DNA of 64,000 nt, taken from Trichechus inunguis. Taxonomy: Eukaryota. Both the position numbers and the translations under genes were made by a program. Below, piece after piece: positions 37,715-50,200 of this stretch (positions are counted from its first letter, which is position 1; the number at the start of each line of letters is the position of its first letter). A model generated the notes under the pieces. The model was not told the origin of the DNA, ran no database searches, and was given only the letters and a program-made list of their open reading frames with translations. The DNA is taken from contig CM102164.1 in the NCBI GenBank assembly GCA_046562895.1, forward strand, positions 32,523,842 through 32,587,841. The letters are read 5' to 3'.

Positions 37715-40087
37715 GTCTCAGTTATCTAGTGCTGCTATAGTAGAAACACCACAAATGGGTGCCTTTAACAAACAGAAATTTATTTTCTCACAGTTTAGAA
37801 GGCTAGAAGTCCAAATACAGGGTGTCAGCTCTAAAGAAAGGTTTTCTCTCTCTTTGAGCTTCTTTAGCTTGCTTGTATAATCTGTTTTATATCTCAAAAG
37901 AGATTGACTTGAGACACACCCTACACTAATCCTGTCTCATTAACATAACAAAGAAATCCCGTGGGATTATAACCACAGGCATAGAAGTTAGGATTTAAAA
38001 AATATTTTGGGGGGACAAATTCAATCCATAACATTCTACCCTTTGGCCTCCTAAAATTCATGTCCTTGCCACATACAAAACCCATTCACCCCACCAAATC
38101 ATCCCAAAAATCTTAAATCAACTTCAAGTCCAAAATCTCATCTTCTGAATCATCAAAATTAAATATGAGTGAGACATTAAGCGTATTCCATCCTGGGGCA
38201 AAATTCCTCTTCATCTGAGAACCTGTGAAATCTAGAATACAGGTTATCTGCTTCCAAAACACACAGGTGGAACAGGCACAAGGTATAAATCCCCATTACA
38301 AATGGGAGAAACTGGAAGGAAGGTCGGAGGGACAGGCACCAAGCAATTCTAGAACACAGCAGAACAATTTACATTGCCCCTCAAGGTTTGAAAATAATTC
38401 TCTGTTCTCTGAGACCATCTAGTCAATGGTCCTGCCCTCCAGACTCTGTGTGTTGGCCATGCTCTCTGGATTCTGGGTGGAAGCCCCTCGGCCCTGAGCT
38501 TCAACTCTTCCTTCCATGCCCACTGGGGCAGACCCACTCTCCTTGTCCATCTGAGTTGCGAACCCATCCCCTTAGCCCCAACAGGCCCCTTTCTTCTGCC
38601 CCTTGAGCATGGCAGCTCCACCTCCTCAGCTTTGGGGAACGGCCCGATCCTCTTGGCCAAACTGAATGGCAGCCCCACACTCCAGAACAAGTTGAAGTTC
38701 TGACTCTTTTGAAACCTAGGAGGCCATGGCTCTACCCTTTGACACCCCAGAGGCCGTTGCCCCACCCTTTGAGACCAACGCAGCCCTGCCTCCTGTGCTC
38801 CTTCCAACAGTACTGCTGATCTCTAAGCTGCTCCAGGGATGGTCCTTTTCTTTTCCTGGAGGACAACAGATGTAGCTCCTTTGGCTTGTTACCTGCCTGT
38901 AGAATTCCAAGAGGCAGACAGCAGTCTCTCCTTTTGTTCTTTCTCTGCCCCCTTCAGTCTAGGCTAATGGGTTTTCTGCAGTGGTAGTTAGTTAGATCCA
39001 TCAGTCACAAGCTTAATGTCTTTAACAAAAGATTGTGCAGCCATGTCCCTGATGAAAATTTTAGGACACTTGTCCTTAGTGTACACAACAGAATTTTCCA
39101 AATCTTTAAGTTTTGTTTTCATTTTGTACAGTTCATTTTTAAGTCCATCTCTTCCCTCTCACATTTTACTATAAGCAGCAAGGAGAAACTACGTGGCCCC
39201 TTTAAGATCTTGCTTAGAAATCTCTTCAGCCACATATTCAAGCTCATCACTTACAAGGTCTACCTTCCACCAAACATTTGAACATAATTCAGACAAGTTC
39301 CTTGCCACTGCATAAAAAGCATCTCCCTTCCTCCACTGTCCAATCACATGTTCATCGTTTTCTTTTAAAGTCCCACCAGAAGCACATTTAACATCCACAT
39401 TTCTAACAACATTCTGCTGCTGGAGTCATATGTATTCTCCAAAATGATAGGCTTTCTCTATAGCCCTACTCACTTCTTTCTCACAAGAATCGCCTTTGAC
39501 ATCTATAATTCTACGAACGGTCTCTTCAAGGCAATCTAGGATTTTACTATTATGCACCTTAAAACCATTCCAGCCTACACCCATTACCCAATTCCAAAAC
39601 CACTTCCACACTTTAGGTATTTGTTACAGCAAGACTCCTACTTCTCAATACCAAATTCTGTCTTAAAAAGTTATCTAGTACTGCTATAACAGAAATACCA
39701 CAAGTGAGTGGCTTTATCAAAAGGAATTTATTTTCTCACAGTTTAGGAGGCTAGAAGTCTGAATCGAGGGTGTCGGCTCTAGAGGAAGGCTTTCTCACTC
39801 TGCTGGCTCTGGAAGAAGGCCCTTGTCCCTTCAGCTTCTGCTTCCTAGTTCCCTGGAGATCTCCATGTGTCTTGGCATCTATCTGACCCCATCTATTCTT
39901 TCTGCTTGCTTGTTTGATCTTTTTTATTCTCAAAAGAGACTGACTTAAGACACACCCTACACTAACCCTGTCTCACTAATATAACAAAGACAACCCATTC
40001 CTAAATAAGATTATTACCATAGGCATAGAGGTTAAGATTTACAACACAGTTTTTGGGGATGCAATTCAATCAATAATAGAGGGTAAC
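37715..40087 (+). mobile_element. Full-length ERVL-MaLR element (5'LTR 37715-38036, internal 38037-39658, 3'LTR 39659-40087)
   Basis: Two direct LTR copies. The first starts tgtctcagttatctagtgctgctatagtagaaacaccacaaatgggtgcctttaacaaacagaaatttattttctcacagtttagaaggctagaagtccaaatacagggtgtcagc… and ends …ggggggacaaattcaatccataaca. The second starts tgtcttaaaaagttatctagtactgctataacagaaataccacaagtgagtggctttatcaaaaggaatttattttctcacagtttaggaggctagaagtctgaatcgagggtgtcggc… and ends …ggggatgcaattcaatcaataa. The internal region has MaLR-int phrasing (…ttctaccctttggcctcctaaaattcatgtccttgccacatacaaaacccattcacc… through …ctcctacttctcaataccaaattctg) and no coding capacity. Confidence 0.8.
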
Positions 40088-40244
40088 ACAACCTTAGGGC
40101 ATGGAAGTTCCACATTAGGGACCGTTTCAGATGTCACCCTATGTATCTCTTCTTTTGTATCCTTCATAATAAAACTGCAATTGTCAATATAGCACCTTTC
40201 TGAGTTCTGCTATTCTTTCTAGTGACTTATTGAACCCAAAGGGG

Positions 40245-40510
40245 TAGTTGGAACCCCCAAATTTGTAGCCAGTTGTCCAGAAGCACAGGTGATCCTGGAG
40301 ACTAAGCGTGCACAACTAGTATCCTGAAGGGGTGGTGGGAACCCCTAAATTTGTAGCCAGAAGGTCAGAAGTGCAAGTGTCCTGTGACCCTTAAGCTTGC
40401 AGCTATTGTCCTGAGGAGGTAATGTGAACCCCTAAATTTACACAGTTGGTAGAAGTGTGGGTATCCTATGGACCCACAAACTTGAAGCTGGTGTCTGAAG
40501 TCTCAGGCAG
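40245..40510 (+). repeat. Tandem monomers of about 90 bp (three copies) in the L1 #4 5'UTR
   Basis: ggaacccccaaatttgtagccagttgtccagaagcacaggtgatcctgg… / ggaacccctaaatttgtagccagaaggtcagaagtgcaagtgtcctgtg… / gaacccctaaatttacacagttggtagaagtgtgggtatcctatgg…. Confidence 0.7.
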
Positions 40511-43254
40511 ACTTGGCAATGTAGAGGAAATGTTCCCTTTAACCTGTGAGATATGACCTATTCCTGGGTGATATTTGCAGTTGGTGTCAGAGAAGACACT
40601 TAGAGTTGGTGTCAGAAGAGACACATCATAAATATGCTCAAAGAGCTGAAAGAAATCATGGACAGAGAACTAAAGGAAATCAAGAGAATGATACATGAAC
40701 AAGTAGGGAATATCCATAAACAGATCCTATGGAACACCAACAAGTATACCAACATACTCATTAAGGGAGTCCAAGAAGGAGTAGAGAGAGAGAGAAGCAG
40801 AATAAAGAATAATCAAATATTTCTCAAATTTTATAAAAGACATGAATCTACACATTCAAGGGCTCTAAGAACTCCAAGGAGGATAAACTCAAAGAGTTAC
40901 CAAGACAAATTATAATCAAACTACAGAAAGCCAAAGACAGAATCTTGAAAGCAGCAAGACAGAAGCAACTCATCACGTACAAGGGATCTATAATAAGATT
41001 AAAAGTTAATTTCTCATCAATTGAAGGTGAAATTAAGACATTCTCAGATACTAGTTTACCTGCCCTACAAGAAGTGCTGAAGGAAGTCCTTCAGGCTGAA
41101 GTGAAAGAACATCAGACGGTAACTCAAAGCCATATAGAGAAATAAAGAACACTGGTAAAAATAACCACAAAGGTAAATGGAAAAGCTAGTATCATAGGTT
41201 TGTAACTCCTCTTTTTGTTTTCTATATGGTTGAAATGCAAATGTATAAACAATAATTATAAATCTATATCAATGGGCACACAATGTATAAAGATGTAATT
41301 TGTGACAAAAACAACATAAAGGGGAGGGAAACAAAGCTGAGCAGGAACAGAGTTAATATATACTACTGAAGCTAAATTGGTATTAATTCAAACTAAATTT
41401 TTATAAATTAGGGATATTAACTTTAAAACCCATGACAACCACCAAGAAAATAGCTAAAAAAATAAAATACAGAAAAGGAAATGAAGAGGTAATTAAAATG
41501 GTACACTAGGAAAAAAATCAATGAAGGTAAAAGGAATGCAGTTTTGAAGAATGTGAAGAACACAAAAAACACAGCAGAATGGCAGAAGCCATTTATTATC
41601 AGTAATGACTTTATTTATGGATTAAACTCACCAATTAAAAGACAGAGATTGACAGAATGGATAAGAAAGCATGATCCAACCATATGGTGCTTACAAGACA
41701 CTACCTTTAGACACAAAGACACAAATAGGATGAAGGGGTAGAAAAAAGATATTCTACGCAAACAGTAACCAAAAGAGATCTGGGGTGGCTATGCTATCAG
41801 ACAAAATAGAAATTAAGCCAAAATTTTTTACAAAAGGCAAAGAAGAACATTATATACTGATAAAAGGGTCAATTCATAGAGTATATGTAACAAATATAAG
41901 CATATATGTACCAAACAAAAGAGCCCCAAAATCTATGACCCAAAAACACTGACAGAATTGATGAGAGAAATAAACAGTTCCACAATAATAACTGTAGACT
42001 TCAATACCCCACTTTCGATAATGGACAGAACATCTAGACAAAAGATCAATAAGAAAATAGAGGACTTAACACTATAAACCAACTAGACCTAACAAACATA
42101 TATACAGGATGCCCCACCCAACAACAGCAGGATACATATTCTTCTCTACTGCACATGGAACATTCTCCAGTATAGGCCATATGTTAGGCCACAAAATAAT
42201 TCTCAATAAAGTTAAAAAGATTAAAATCATATAAAATACCTACTGTGACCACAATGAGATAAAGCTAAAAATCAGTACCAGAAGGAAAACTAGATAGTTC
42301 ACAAATACATGGAAAATAAATAAAACATTCTTATACAACCAATAGGTCAAAGAAGAAATCATTAGGGAAATTAGAAAACACTGAGACAAATAAAAATGAA
42401 AACACAACATACCAAAACTTATGAGATGCACCAAATCAGTGCTCAAAGGGAAATTTTTAACTGTAAATGCCTACATTAAAGAAGAAGAAATATCTCAAAT
42501 CAATGACCTAACTTTGCACCTTAAGGAACAGGAAAAATAAGAGCAAACTAAACCCAAAACCAGCAGAGAAAGAGAAATAATAAAGACTAGAGCAGAAATA
42601 AAACAAAATATAGACTATAAAAATAAGAGAAAACCAACAAAACCAAAAGCTGGTTCTATGAAAGGATCAACAATATAGACAAACCTTTAGCTAGACAAAA
42701 AGACAAGACTCAAATTACTAAAATCAGAAAAGGAAACAGGGCCATTACTATCATAATGACAGATATTAAAAGGATTATAAGAGAATACTATGGACAACTG
42801 TATGCCAAAAAATTAGATAATCTAGATGAAATGGACAAATCCCTTGACTCACTAATTAGTAGACTGTCTCAAGAAGAAACAGAAAATTTCAACATATAAC
42901 AAGAGATTCAATCAGTAATCAAAATATTACCAAAGAAAGAAAAGTACAGGGTCAGATGGCTTCATTGTTGAATTCTACTAAACACACAGGGAAATGCAAA
43001 TCAAAACCATTTCATCCCCACTAAGATGGCTATCATAAAAAAAAAAAATGTGAAAAGAACAGGTGTTTGCGAGGATGTGGAAAAATTGGATTTCTCATCC
43101 ACTGCTGGTGGAAATGTAAAATGGTACAATTGCTGTGGATAACAGTTTGGCGGTTGTTCAAAAACTTAAACACAATAGCCAAAAAGGCAGAAATAACCCA
43201 AATGTCCATCAACACATGAATAAACAAATTGTGGCATGTACATACCCATAAAAA

Positions 43255-43410
43255 AAAAATCAAAACCCACTGCCATCGATTCCAACTCATAGCAACCCTA
43301 TAGGACAGAGTAGAACTGCCCCAGAGGATTTCAAAGGAGTGGCTGGTGGATTCGAATGAACTGCCAGCCTTTTTATTAGCAGCCAAGCTCTTAACCACTG
43401 CACCACCAGG
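43255..43410 (-). mobile_element. AfroSINE inserted into L1 #4
   Basis: cccactgccatcgattccaactcatagcaaccctataggacagagtagaactgccccagaggatttcaaaggagtggctggtggattcgaatgaactgccagcctttttattagcagccaagctcttaaccactgcaccaccagggctcc. Confidence 0.9.
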
Positions 43411-43659
43411 GCTCCAGCATATACATACGATAGAATATTATTGTCATAAAAAGGAATAAAGTACCAATACATGCCACAACTTGGATAAACGTTGAAAATA
43501 TTAGTCTAAGTAAAAGAAGCCAGATAAAAAAGGTCACATATTACATGATTCCCATTACACCCTCTCCTCACTTATCGACATGGTTAAGTGCCAAAGACCA
43601 GGTTGTTATGTGAAAATGCGGATGACCATATCAGATCACAAAATGGAAGATAACTACAT

Positions 43660-43790
43660 CATTGCATAACTGCCAAACTACATCATTACATAATTGCCAA
43701 ATTACATCATTACGTAACTGCCAAACTACATCATTACTTAATTGCCAGATCACAACATTACATAATTGTCAAACCAATGAGAATCATGGC
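43660..43790 (+). repeat. Minisatellite of about 24 bp, five copies, in the L1 #4 3' region
   Basis: cattgcataactgccaaactacatcattacataattgccaaattacatcattacgtaactgccaaactacatcattacttaattgccagatcacaacattacataattgtcaaacc. The ORF 43662..43901 is an artefact of this repeat. Confidence 0.85.
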
Positions 43791-44039
43791 CCAGTCAACT
43801 TGACACATAACCTTAACCATCAAAGCCAGCGCTACTCGTCCTCGCACCTCAGTGTTCATTACTACCAGACACATGTCGTTAATGCACAAAATAGATGGTA
43901 GATTTTTTACTATTTGAGGTAAATGTGAAATGTCAGATAACAAGAGAGTCAATAAGTGAGGAGAAGGTATATACGAAAGATCCAGAATTGATAAATTCAT
44001 AGAGACTGAAAGCAGATTTTTGGTTGCCAGGAGATGGGG

Positions 44040-44185
44040 AGAGATTACTTATGGGTGATTACTTAATGGATACAGATTACTTAAAGAATATGATTGACTT
44101 AATGGATATAGATTACTTAAAGAATATGATTACTTAATGGATATTAAGTGATTACTAATGTATATAGGGTGATTACTTTATGGAT
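44040..44185 (+). repeat. Minisatellite of about 36 bp, three to four copies
   Basis: gattacttaatggatacagattacttaaagaatatgattgacttaatggatatagattacttaaagaatatgattacttaatggatattaagtgattactaatg…. Confidence 0.85.
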
Positions 44186-44684
44186 ATGGGTGTTTCCAGG
44201 ATAATGATAATTTTGAAACCAGAGAGAGGTGGCACTTGCAATATGTTGCAAATCCACTAACTCTGAATGTTATGTAAATTTATTCTCAATTTAAAAAAAG
44301 AAAAAGAAATACACAGTATGTATACTAAATAACATTGCCAGCAAGGTCCAGGGCAACAACCTGTAATCAAAAGTATTAGTATTTCTGCAACAAAATATGT
44401 GACTATTCACAATAAGTGGAGGGAGGGGGAGAACTATATAAATAGCCTCATGTAAGTTTAGTTCAGGTTTTGTTACCCAACAAAATCAAATCAGGTCATG
44501 ACATAGAGTGGAATACCACATTTACCATATTGCTGGCCAAGATAGTACTTGATTTATAGCACTTGAATTCATAGTTCCAAATTGCTTTTCAAATAACAGT
44601 TTATGACCTTACGACTAAGAGAATTCCGATTTTAATATGTCTTTGACCACATTAGGTCATTTAAAAAAAAATCTTAAGCCATTA

Positions 44685-44825
44685 ATCCACCGCCATCAAG
44701 CCAATTCCGACCCTATAAGGCAGAGTAGAACTTTCCCACAGAGTTTCCAAGGCGCAGCTGGTGGAGTCGAACTGCTAACCTTTTGGTTAGCAGCAGAGCT
44801 CTTAACCGCTGCACCACCTCCTTTT
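44685..44825 (-). mobile_element. AfroSINE, 60 bp upstream of a CENPJ exon
   Basis: ccaccgccatcaagccaattccgaccctataaggcagagtagaactttcccacagagtttccaaggcgcagctggtggagtcgaactgctaaccttttggttagcagcagagctcttaaccgctgcaccacc. Confidence 0.9.
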
Positions 44826-44907
44826 CATTTATATTTCTTGGATTAATGAGAAATACTTTCAACTGCGTCGCTGTATACTTTTTCCTGACTTACAGATGCA
44901 AACTTAC

Positions 44908-45040
44908 CTGAGTTTTTCCAAAGCACTTTCTCTTTCAATGCGAAGTTTAGTTAAAGATGTGTTCTCATCTCTGAATTTTTCTATTTCTGTTTCCAATTCA
45001 ATAACTTTCTCTCTCAAAACCTGGGATCGAGCGCCGTCAT
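44908..45040 (-). CDS. CENPJ: CENPJ/CPAP coding exon, 133 bp, phase 1 to 2
   Basis: Minus-strand translation (with a shared G from the previous exon): [44 protein letters not shown](R). Acceptor ttttatAG|AT, donor CTCAG|GTAAGT. Matches human …[45 protein letters not shown]…. Confidence 0.85.
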
Positions 45041-45149
45041 CTATAAAACAGGCCATAAATATTGAGCTTCACAAAAGGCCTTCTAGTAGCAAACACATTA
45101 GCCATTAACACTAAGAGCCAAGATTATGGTAAACATGTGCCAATAAAAT

Positions 45150-46330
45150 GGATTACAAACCATGCTTCAAATAAAAAAAGAAAAAGAAAATTAACAGGCC
45201 TAAGTTCCAGAGGAAACCAGTCTAAATTTAAGAATTAAGTTATTCAACTGCTAAAGGTTATCAATCTGACAATGAATTATTTATAAAAAGAACTCATTCA
45301 AGTAAATTTTTTAAAAAGAGCAATATATATAAATAGCTTAAGAACATGGAGTAATTCACAAGAGATCTAAAGGGCTAATCAATACCAAAAAGAAAATTCA
45401 CCCCACCATTACTAATCAAAGAAATGCATATTCAGATTTTTCCTCCTATCAAATTGGCCATTGTAAAAAAAAGAAAATAGCCAATACTTCCATCCTTCAA
45501 TCGAAACAAGCATTTTATCTGCTGGTACTATCCTTTTGGGAAAAAAATTTTTATATATATCATGAGGTTAAAATATAATCTACCCTTTGACCCAGTTATT
45601 TTACTTTTAAAATTCTAGTTTAGAATGAACACGCAAAATTATACCAATATTTTTGCACAAAAATATGCATTGCAGCATTAGTAAAACAGTAAAAAAAAAT
45701 TTAAGTGTCCATCATTAAGGAAACTATAAATATAAATTATACTATGTTCATATAAGGAAGTGCTCTGTAACCATTTTTAAAGCACACAAAGTTTTAAAGA
45801 CATAAACAATGCATATAATATACTCGGTCAAAAAAAAAGATGTTATAATATATGTCTCTATCGTATCAAAAATATATAGGAAAAATGACTGAAAGAAAAT
45901 ATCCCAAAAAGTATAGCAGTTACCTTTGGATAGTTTAGTTATAAACATTTTTGCTTCAATACTTTTTAAGCTTCAAAACTTCCTGCAAAGAGTATTATTT
46001 TTAAAATCAATACTTCAAAAAAAAGAAAAGCTTAAGCTATAATTTATGTTTTAAGATACCTATCCTCAACTAGGCACTCAGAACATATAACAATATAATG
46101 AAAAGGAGCTTTTCAACATCAGCTGAATACTACACAACCATTAAAAGGCATGAGGCAGCTAAATGTGTATGTTCCAACAACCTCCACAACTGATCATAAG
46201 CAAGGTGCAGAACAGTGTATAAAAGCATGCTTTTATTTGTGCAGAAAAGGGGAAGATTATATACACACACACTAATGTTTTTATATACATGGGATATTTT
46301 TAGGATACACAAATAAAATGGTAATGGTGG
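45150..46330 (+). mobile_element. Ancient L1 3' fragment (ORF2 C-terminus plus 3'UTR)
   Basis: aaatgcatattcagatttttcctcctatcaaattggccattgtaaaaaaaag… aatctaccctttgacccagttattttac… ccaatatttttgcacaaaaatatgcattgcagcattagtaaaacagtaaaaaaaaatttaagtgtccatcattaagg has L1 ORF2 C-terminal phrasing. Confidence 0.55.
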
Positions 46331-46679
46331 CACCTCTAAGAAGGGGGCCTGGGAGCCAAGGTCTGGGGAAGAAAGGAAATTCAGTTTTTACTATACTCCC
46401 CTCATGGTCATGCTTCACAGGTTAATGCACACGATGGTAAAAAAATCATCATAAAAAAGTATGCAGGAGGTGGAGTCAACACGGTACCCTAGACAGATGC
46501 ACCATGCTGCCCTCTACAGCAAAGATACAAAAAAAAAAACTAAGTAAAACACATACAAATGTCAGTCCTGGAAACTTGAGCATCAAACAAAGAGATAAAG
46601 AACTAGATCAACTACCTTATGGAAGAAGAAACTGACAGAAAACAGAGAACAAGGAGCCCCCACCCGCTGGCTCCCGCTG

Positions 46680-47230
46680 CACCACCATTTTTTTCTTTCT
46701 TTTCTTTCTCCCTCCCACCAAGCCCCATTTCCCGCTGGCCACGGGGTCTGACCCAACCCACCTGCCAGCCTCCACCACGCCATTATTTTTCTCTTCTTTT
46801 TCTTTCCCCTCCCATCTACCACCTACACCACCTACCCTCCTTCCCATTGGCCCCCACAGTGCTGCTGTGAATACAGTGCCACCAGAGCACTGGCCCACTG
46901 CTGTCCTGGGTCTACCCCACCAACCCATGCCAGCCCCCAATGTGCCATTATTTTTTTTCTTTTTTCTTTTTCTTTTCTTTCCTTTCCATCTTTTCTTTCT
47001 CCCTCCCACCTAGCACCCTAAGCCACCTCCCTCACTTCCCACCAGTCCCTGGGACCACACCGCCCTCACACACCAGCTCCTGCCATGTTGTCCTTTTTTC
47101 TTTCTTTCTCCTTTTTTTCTTTCTCCCTCCCACCTAGAGCCATATCCCACATTCCCCTATTCCCACCAGACCCCGGTGCTCAGCCCACCCCCACATCGGC
47201 TTTACACTGCCCCTCCTCTCCCACCACTTG
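46680..47230 (+). repeat. Four tandem pyrimidine-rich monomers of about 140 bp in the L1 #5 5'UTR
   Basis: Four copies of …cattattttt(c/t)tttctttctccctcccacc…ccagcc…cacc… at about 46690, 46783, 46947 and 47086. The 130-aa and 83-aa ORFs here are low-complexity artefacts. Confidence 0.75.
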
Positions 47231-50200
47231 ACTAGCTGCTGAACATTGGGAAGCGAGCCCATACACTCCCTGTCTGACAACCCTACCCATCTGGCGAGGG
47301 GCTGTGAACACTCCCACACAGCTGGAAAAACATCAGGAGGCAGACAGCACCTGCTCAGTCCACCCTCAGCCACCTTTCCAAACCAGAGTAGAGTGAAGCA
47401 GGTTCGCCTGATCTCCTGCTGCCCTGCCCAACCAGATAAGGTGGTAAAATCTAACATGCCCACAGACAAGCAAGCAGCAAAGCACACCCAGTCCACCTGC
47501 CAGGACATATCAGAACAAAACAAAAAAGCAGAACCAAAGAAAAAAACATACAATCAATAAATAAAGAAAATCATATGTTAATGTCTCACAGAAACCTGGC
47601 AATATCAGGACATAAAAAAGCAGGGCAACATGGCACCAGCAAGTAACCAAAATAAAGAATAAGATGACCATTCAGTAGAAGAAAAGGCAGACAAAGCACC
47701 TGATATGGATTTCAAAAGACTAACGTTTAGGGCTCTCCAAGAGATTACAGTAGAGTTTAAGGAAAACACAGACAAAACCAAGGGAAAAATAGACAAAACC
47801 ATGCAAAATACAGACAAAACCAATGAAAACACAGAAAAGCAATAGAAGACTTCAGGAAAATAATACAAGAACAAAACATTAAAATGAATAAACAATTAGA
47901 AATCATACAAAAACAGCAACTAGAAATCCAAAAGGTAAACAACAAAATTTCAGAAATGGACAACATAATAGAAAGTTTTAGGAGCAAATTTGAAACAACG
48001 GAAGGCAAATCAGCAAGACTGAAGACAAATCTATGGATGCCACTTTGTTGGAGGAAAAATCAGGGAAAACAGTGAAGAAAACCGAAAAATTATGTGGGAC
48101 ACAATCAAGAGGAAATAATTACGTGTGATCAGAGTTCCAGAACATGAGTAGAAAATGGAAAACACAGAGAAGACTGTGTAGGCAGAAAACATCGCAAATA
48201 TGAAGGATGAAAAGCTGACCATCCAAGATGCTCAACGAACCCCACAGAGGACAGACCCCAAAAGAAAGTCACCAAGATATATCATAATCACACCTGCCAA
48301 AACCAAAGACAAAGAAGAAATACTGAGAGTGGCTCGAGAAAAATAAAAAGGCACTTACAAAGGGGAAAGCAATAAAACTAAGCTCTGATTACTTGACAGA
48401 AACTATAAGCAAGAAGGCAATGCTATGACATATATAAAACCTTGAAAGACAACAACTACCAACCAAGAATAATATATCCTGCAAAGCTCTCTCAAATATG
48501 ATGGTAAAATTAGGACATTTCCAGATAAACAAAAATAAAAGGAATTCATAAAAACCAAACCAAACTGACAAGAAATATTAAAGTGAGTCCTTTGGTTAGA
48601 GAACCAACAACATCAGGCAACAATCAGAGTCTAGGACACAGGACAGCATGAGCCAGATACCAATCTACATAAAGAACTGTCAATACTAAAACAAAGCTAA
48701 AAGACAAGGTAACAGAGACGTCAATCTGTAAATGACAACAACAAAACAATAAAAGAGGGAATAAAAAGTGTACATGTAGAACTTTCAAACAGACAGGAAG
48801 TCAAGGTAATATTAAGTAATAAAAAACTCATTCAAACTTAGGAAGACAAGGGTGAATTTCAAGGTAATCACAAAGAAAGCAAATCGGTTCATCAAAATAA
48901 AAACATCAAGACTCAGTAAATAAAAAATCTATAGTAACGAAAAAAATGAAAAGAAAATTCACAAACAAAAGGAACTCAGCACAGGAAAGTAAGAGGAACA
49001 AGGAAAACGTCAGCATCACAAAAAAAAAGCACAATATGACAGCAATAAACTCATAACTATTGATAATCACACTGAATGTAAATGATTTAAATGCACCCAT
49101 AAAGAAACCAAGAGTGGCAGAACTGATTAAAAAAAACACAAACCATCAATATGCTGTCTACCAGAGACACACCTCAGACACAAAGACATAAATATATTAA
49201 AAATCAAAGGATGAAGAAAAACATCAAGCAAACGGGAACCAAAAAAGAGCAGTAGTGACAATACTAATCTCAGATAAAATAAGACTTTAAAGACAAAATC
49301 CACCACAAAAGACAAGAAAGGACATTATATGATTAAAGGGACAATCCAACAAGAAAGCATAACCTTAATAAATATCTATGCACCCAACGACAAGACTCCA
49401 AAGTACATAAAACAAACGTAACAGCACTGGAAAGAGAAATAAGATAGTTCCACAATAACAGTAGGAGAATTCAACACACCACTCTTGGTACAGGACAGAG
49501 TATCTAGAAAGAAACTCAACAAAGACATAGAAGATCTAAAGGTCAAAATCAACCAACTCAACCTCATAGACATATACAGAATACTCCACTCAACAGCAGC
49601 AAAGAATACATTCTTTTCTAAAGCACATAGAACATTCTCCAGAATAGACCACACTTTAGGCCACAAATCAACCCCCAATAAAATCCAAAACATCAGAATA
49701 ATACCAAGCATCTTCTCTGATCAAAACACCATAAAAGCAGAAATTAATAACAGGAAGAGCAAGGATAAAAAATCAAATACATGGAAACTGATTAACACCT
49801 TCCTTAAAAACAACTAAGTAATAGAAGAAATCAAAGAGGAAACAGAAAAAAAATTCCTAGAATCAAATGAGAATGAAAACACATCGTACCAAAACCTTTG
49901 GGATACAGCAAAGGCAGCACTCAGAGGTCAATTTATAGCAATAAATGCATACATCAAAAAAGAAAAATGGGCCAAAATCAAAACACTAGCCCTACAACTC
50001 AAATAGAAAGAGAAAAGCAAGAGGCTCATAGGCAAAGATTAGAGAGAAATTAATGAACTAGAGAGCAGAATAACGATAGAAAGCTCAAACAAGACCAAAA
50101 GTTGGGTTCTTTGAAAAGATCAACAAAGTTGACAAACACTGGCCAAACAGACAAAAGAAAAATAGGAGAGGAAGCATATAACTCAATTAAGAAATGAGAT

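Larger units (their letters stand above)
40090..44310 (+). mobile_element. LINE-1 (L1 #4), older subfamily with internal deletions and a SINE insertion
   Basis: 5'UTR with about 90-bp tandem monomers at 40245-40510. ORF1 remnant 40634-41150 (MLKELKEIMDRELKEIKRMIHEQ…ITYKGSIIRLKVNFSSIEGEIKTFSDTS…). ORF2 N-terminus from 41544 (…IYGLNSPIKRQRLTEWIRKHDPTIWCLQDT…). ORF2 C-terminal and 3'UTR pieces at 42960-43250 and 43411-44310 (…gtgattactaatgtatatagggtgattactttatggatatgggtgtttccaggataatgataattttgaaaccagagagaggtggcacttgcaatatgttgcaaatccactaactctgaatgttatgtaaatttattctcaatttaaaaaaa). Confidence 0.8.

Noticed and set aside
38349-38807. 152-aa ORF on the minus strand
   Set aside because: It lies inside the non-coding internal region of the ERVL-MaLR element. 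The protein is Pro/Arg/Trp-rich with no recognisable fold or motif. It is treated as spurious.
43660-43790. Regular short direct repeats with spacer-like variation, which can superficially resemble a CRISPR array
   Set aside because: The sequence is mammalian. The units are contiguous degenerate minisatellite copies with no unique spacers, and there is no cas context. It is a minisatellite inside an L1 3'UTR.
46617-47137. ORFs of 130 aa, 83 aa, 79 aa and 65 aa with Lys/Gly-rich or Pro/Ser/Phe-rich peptides
   Set aside because: They are produced by the pyrimidine-rich tandem monomers of the L1 #5 5'UTR (and the purine-rich complement). They are low-complexity, present on both strands, and not genes.
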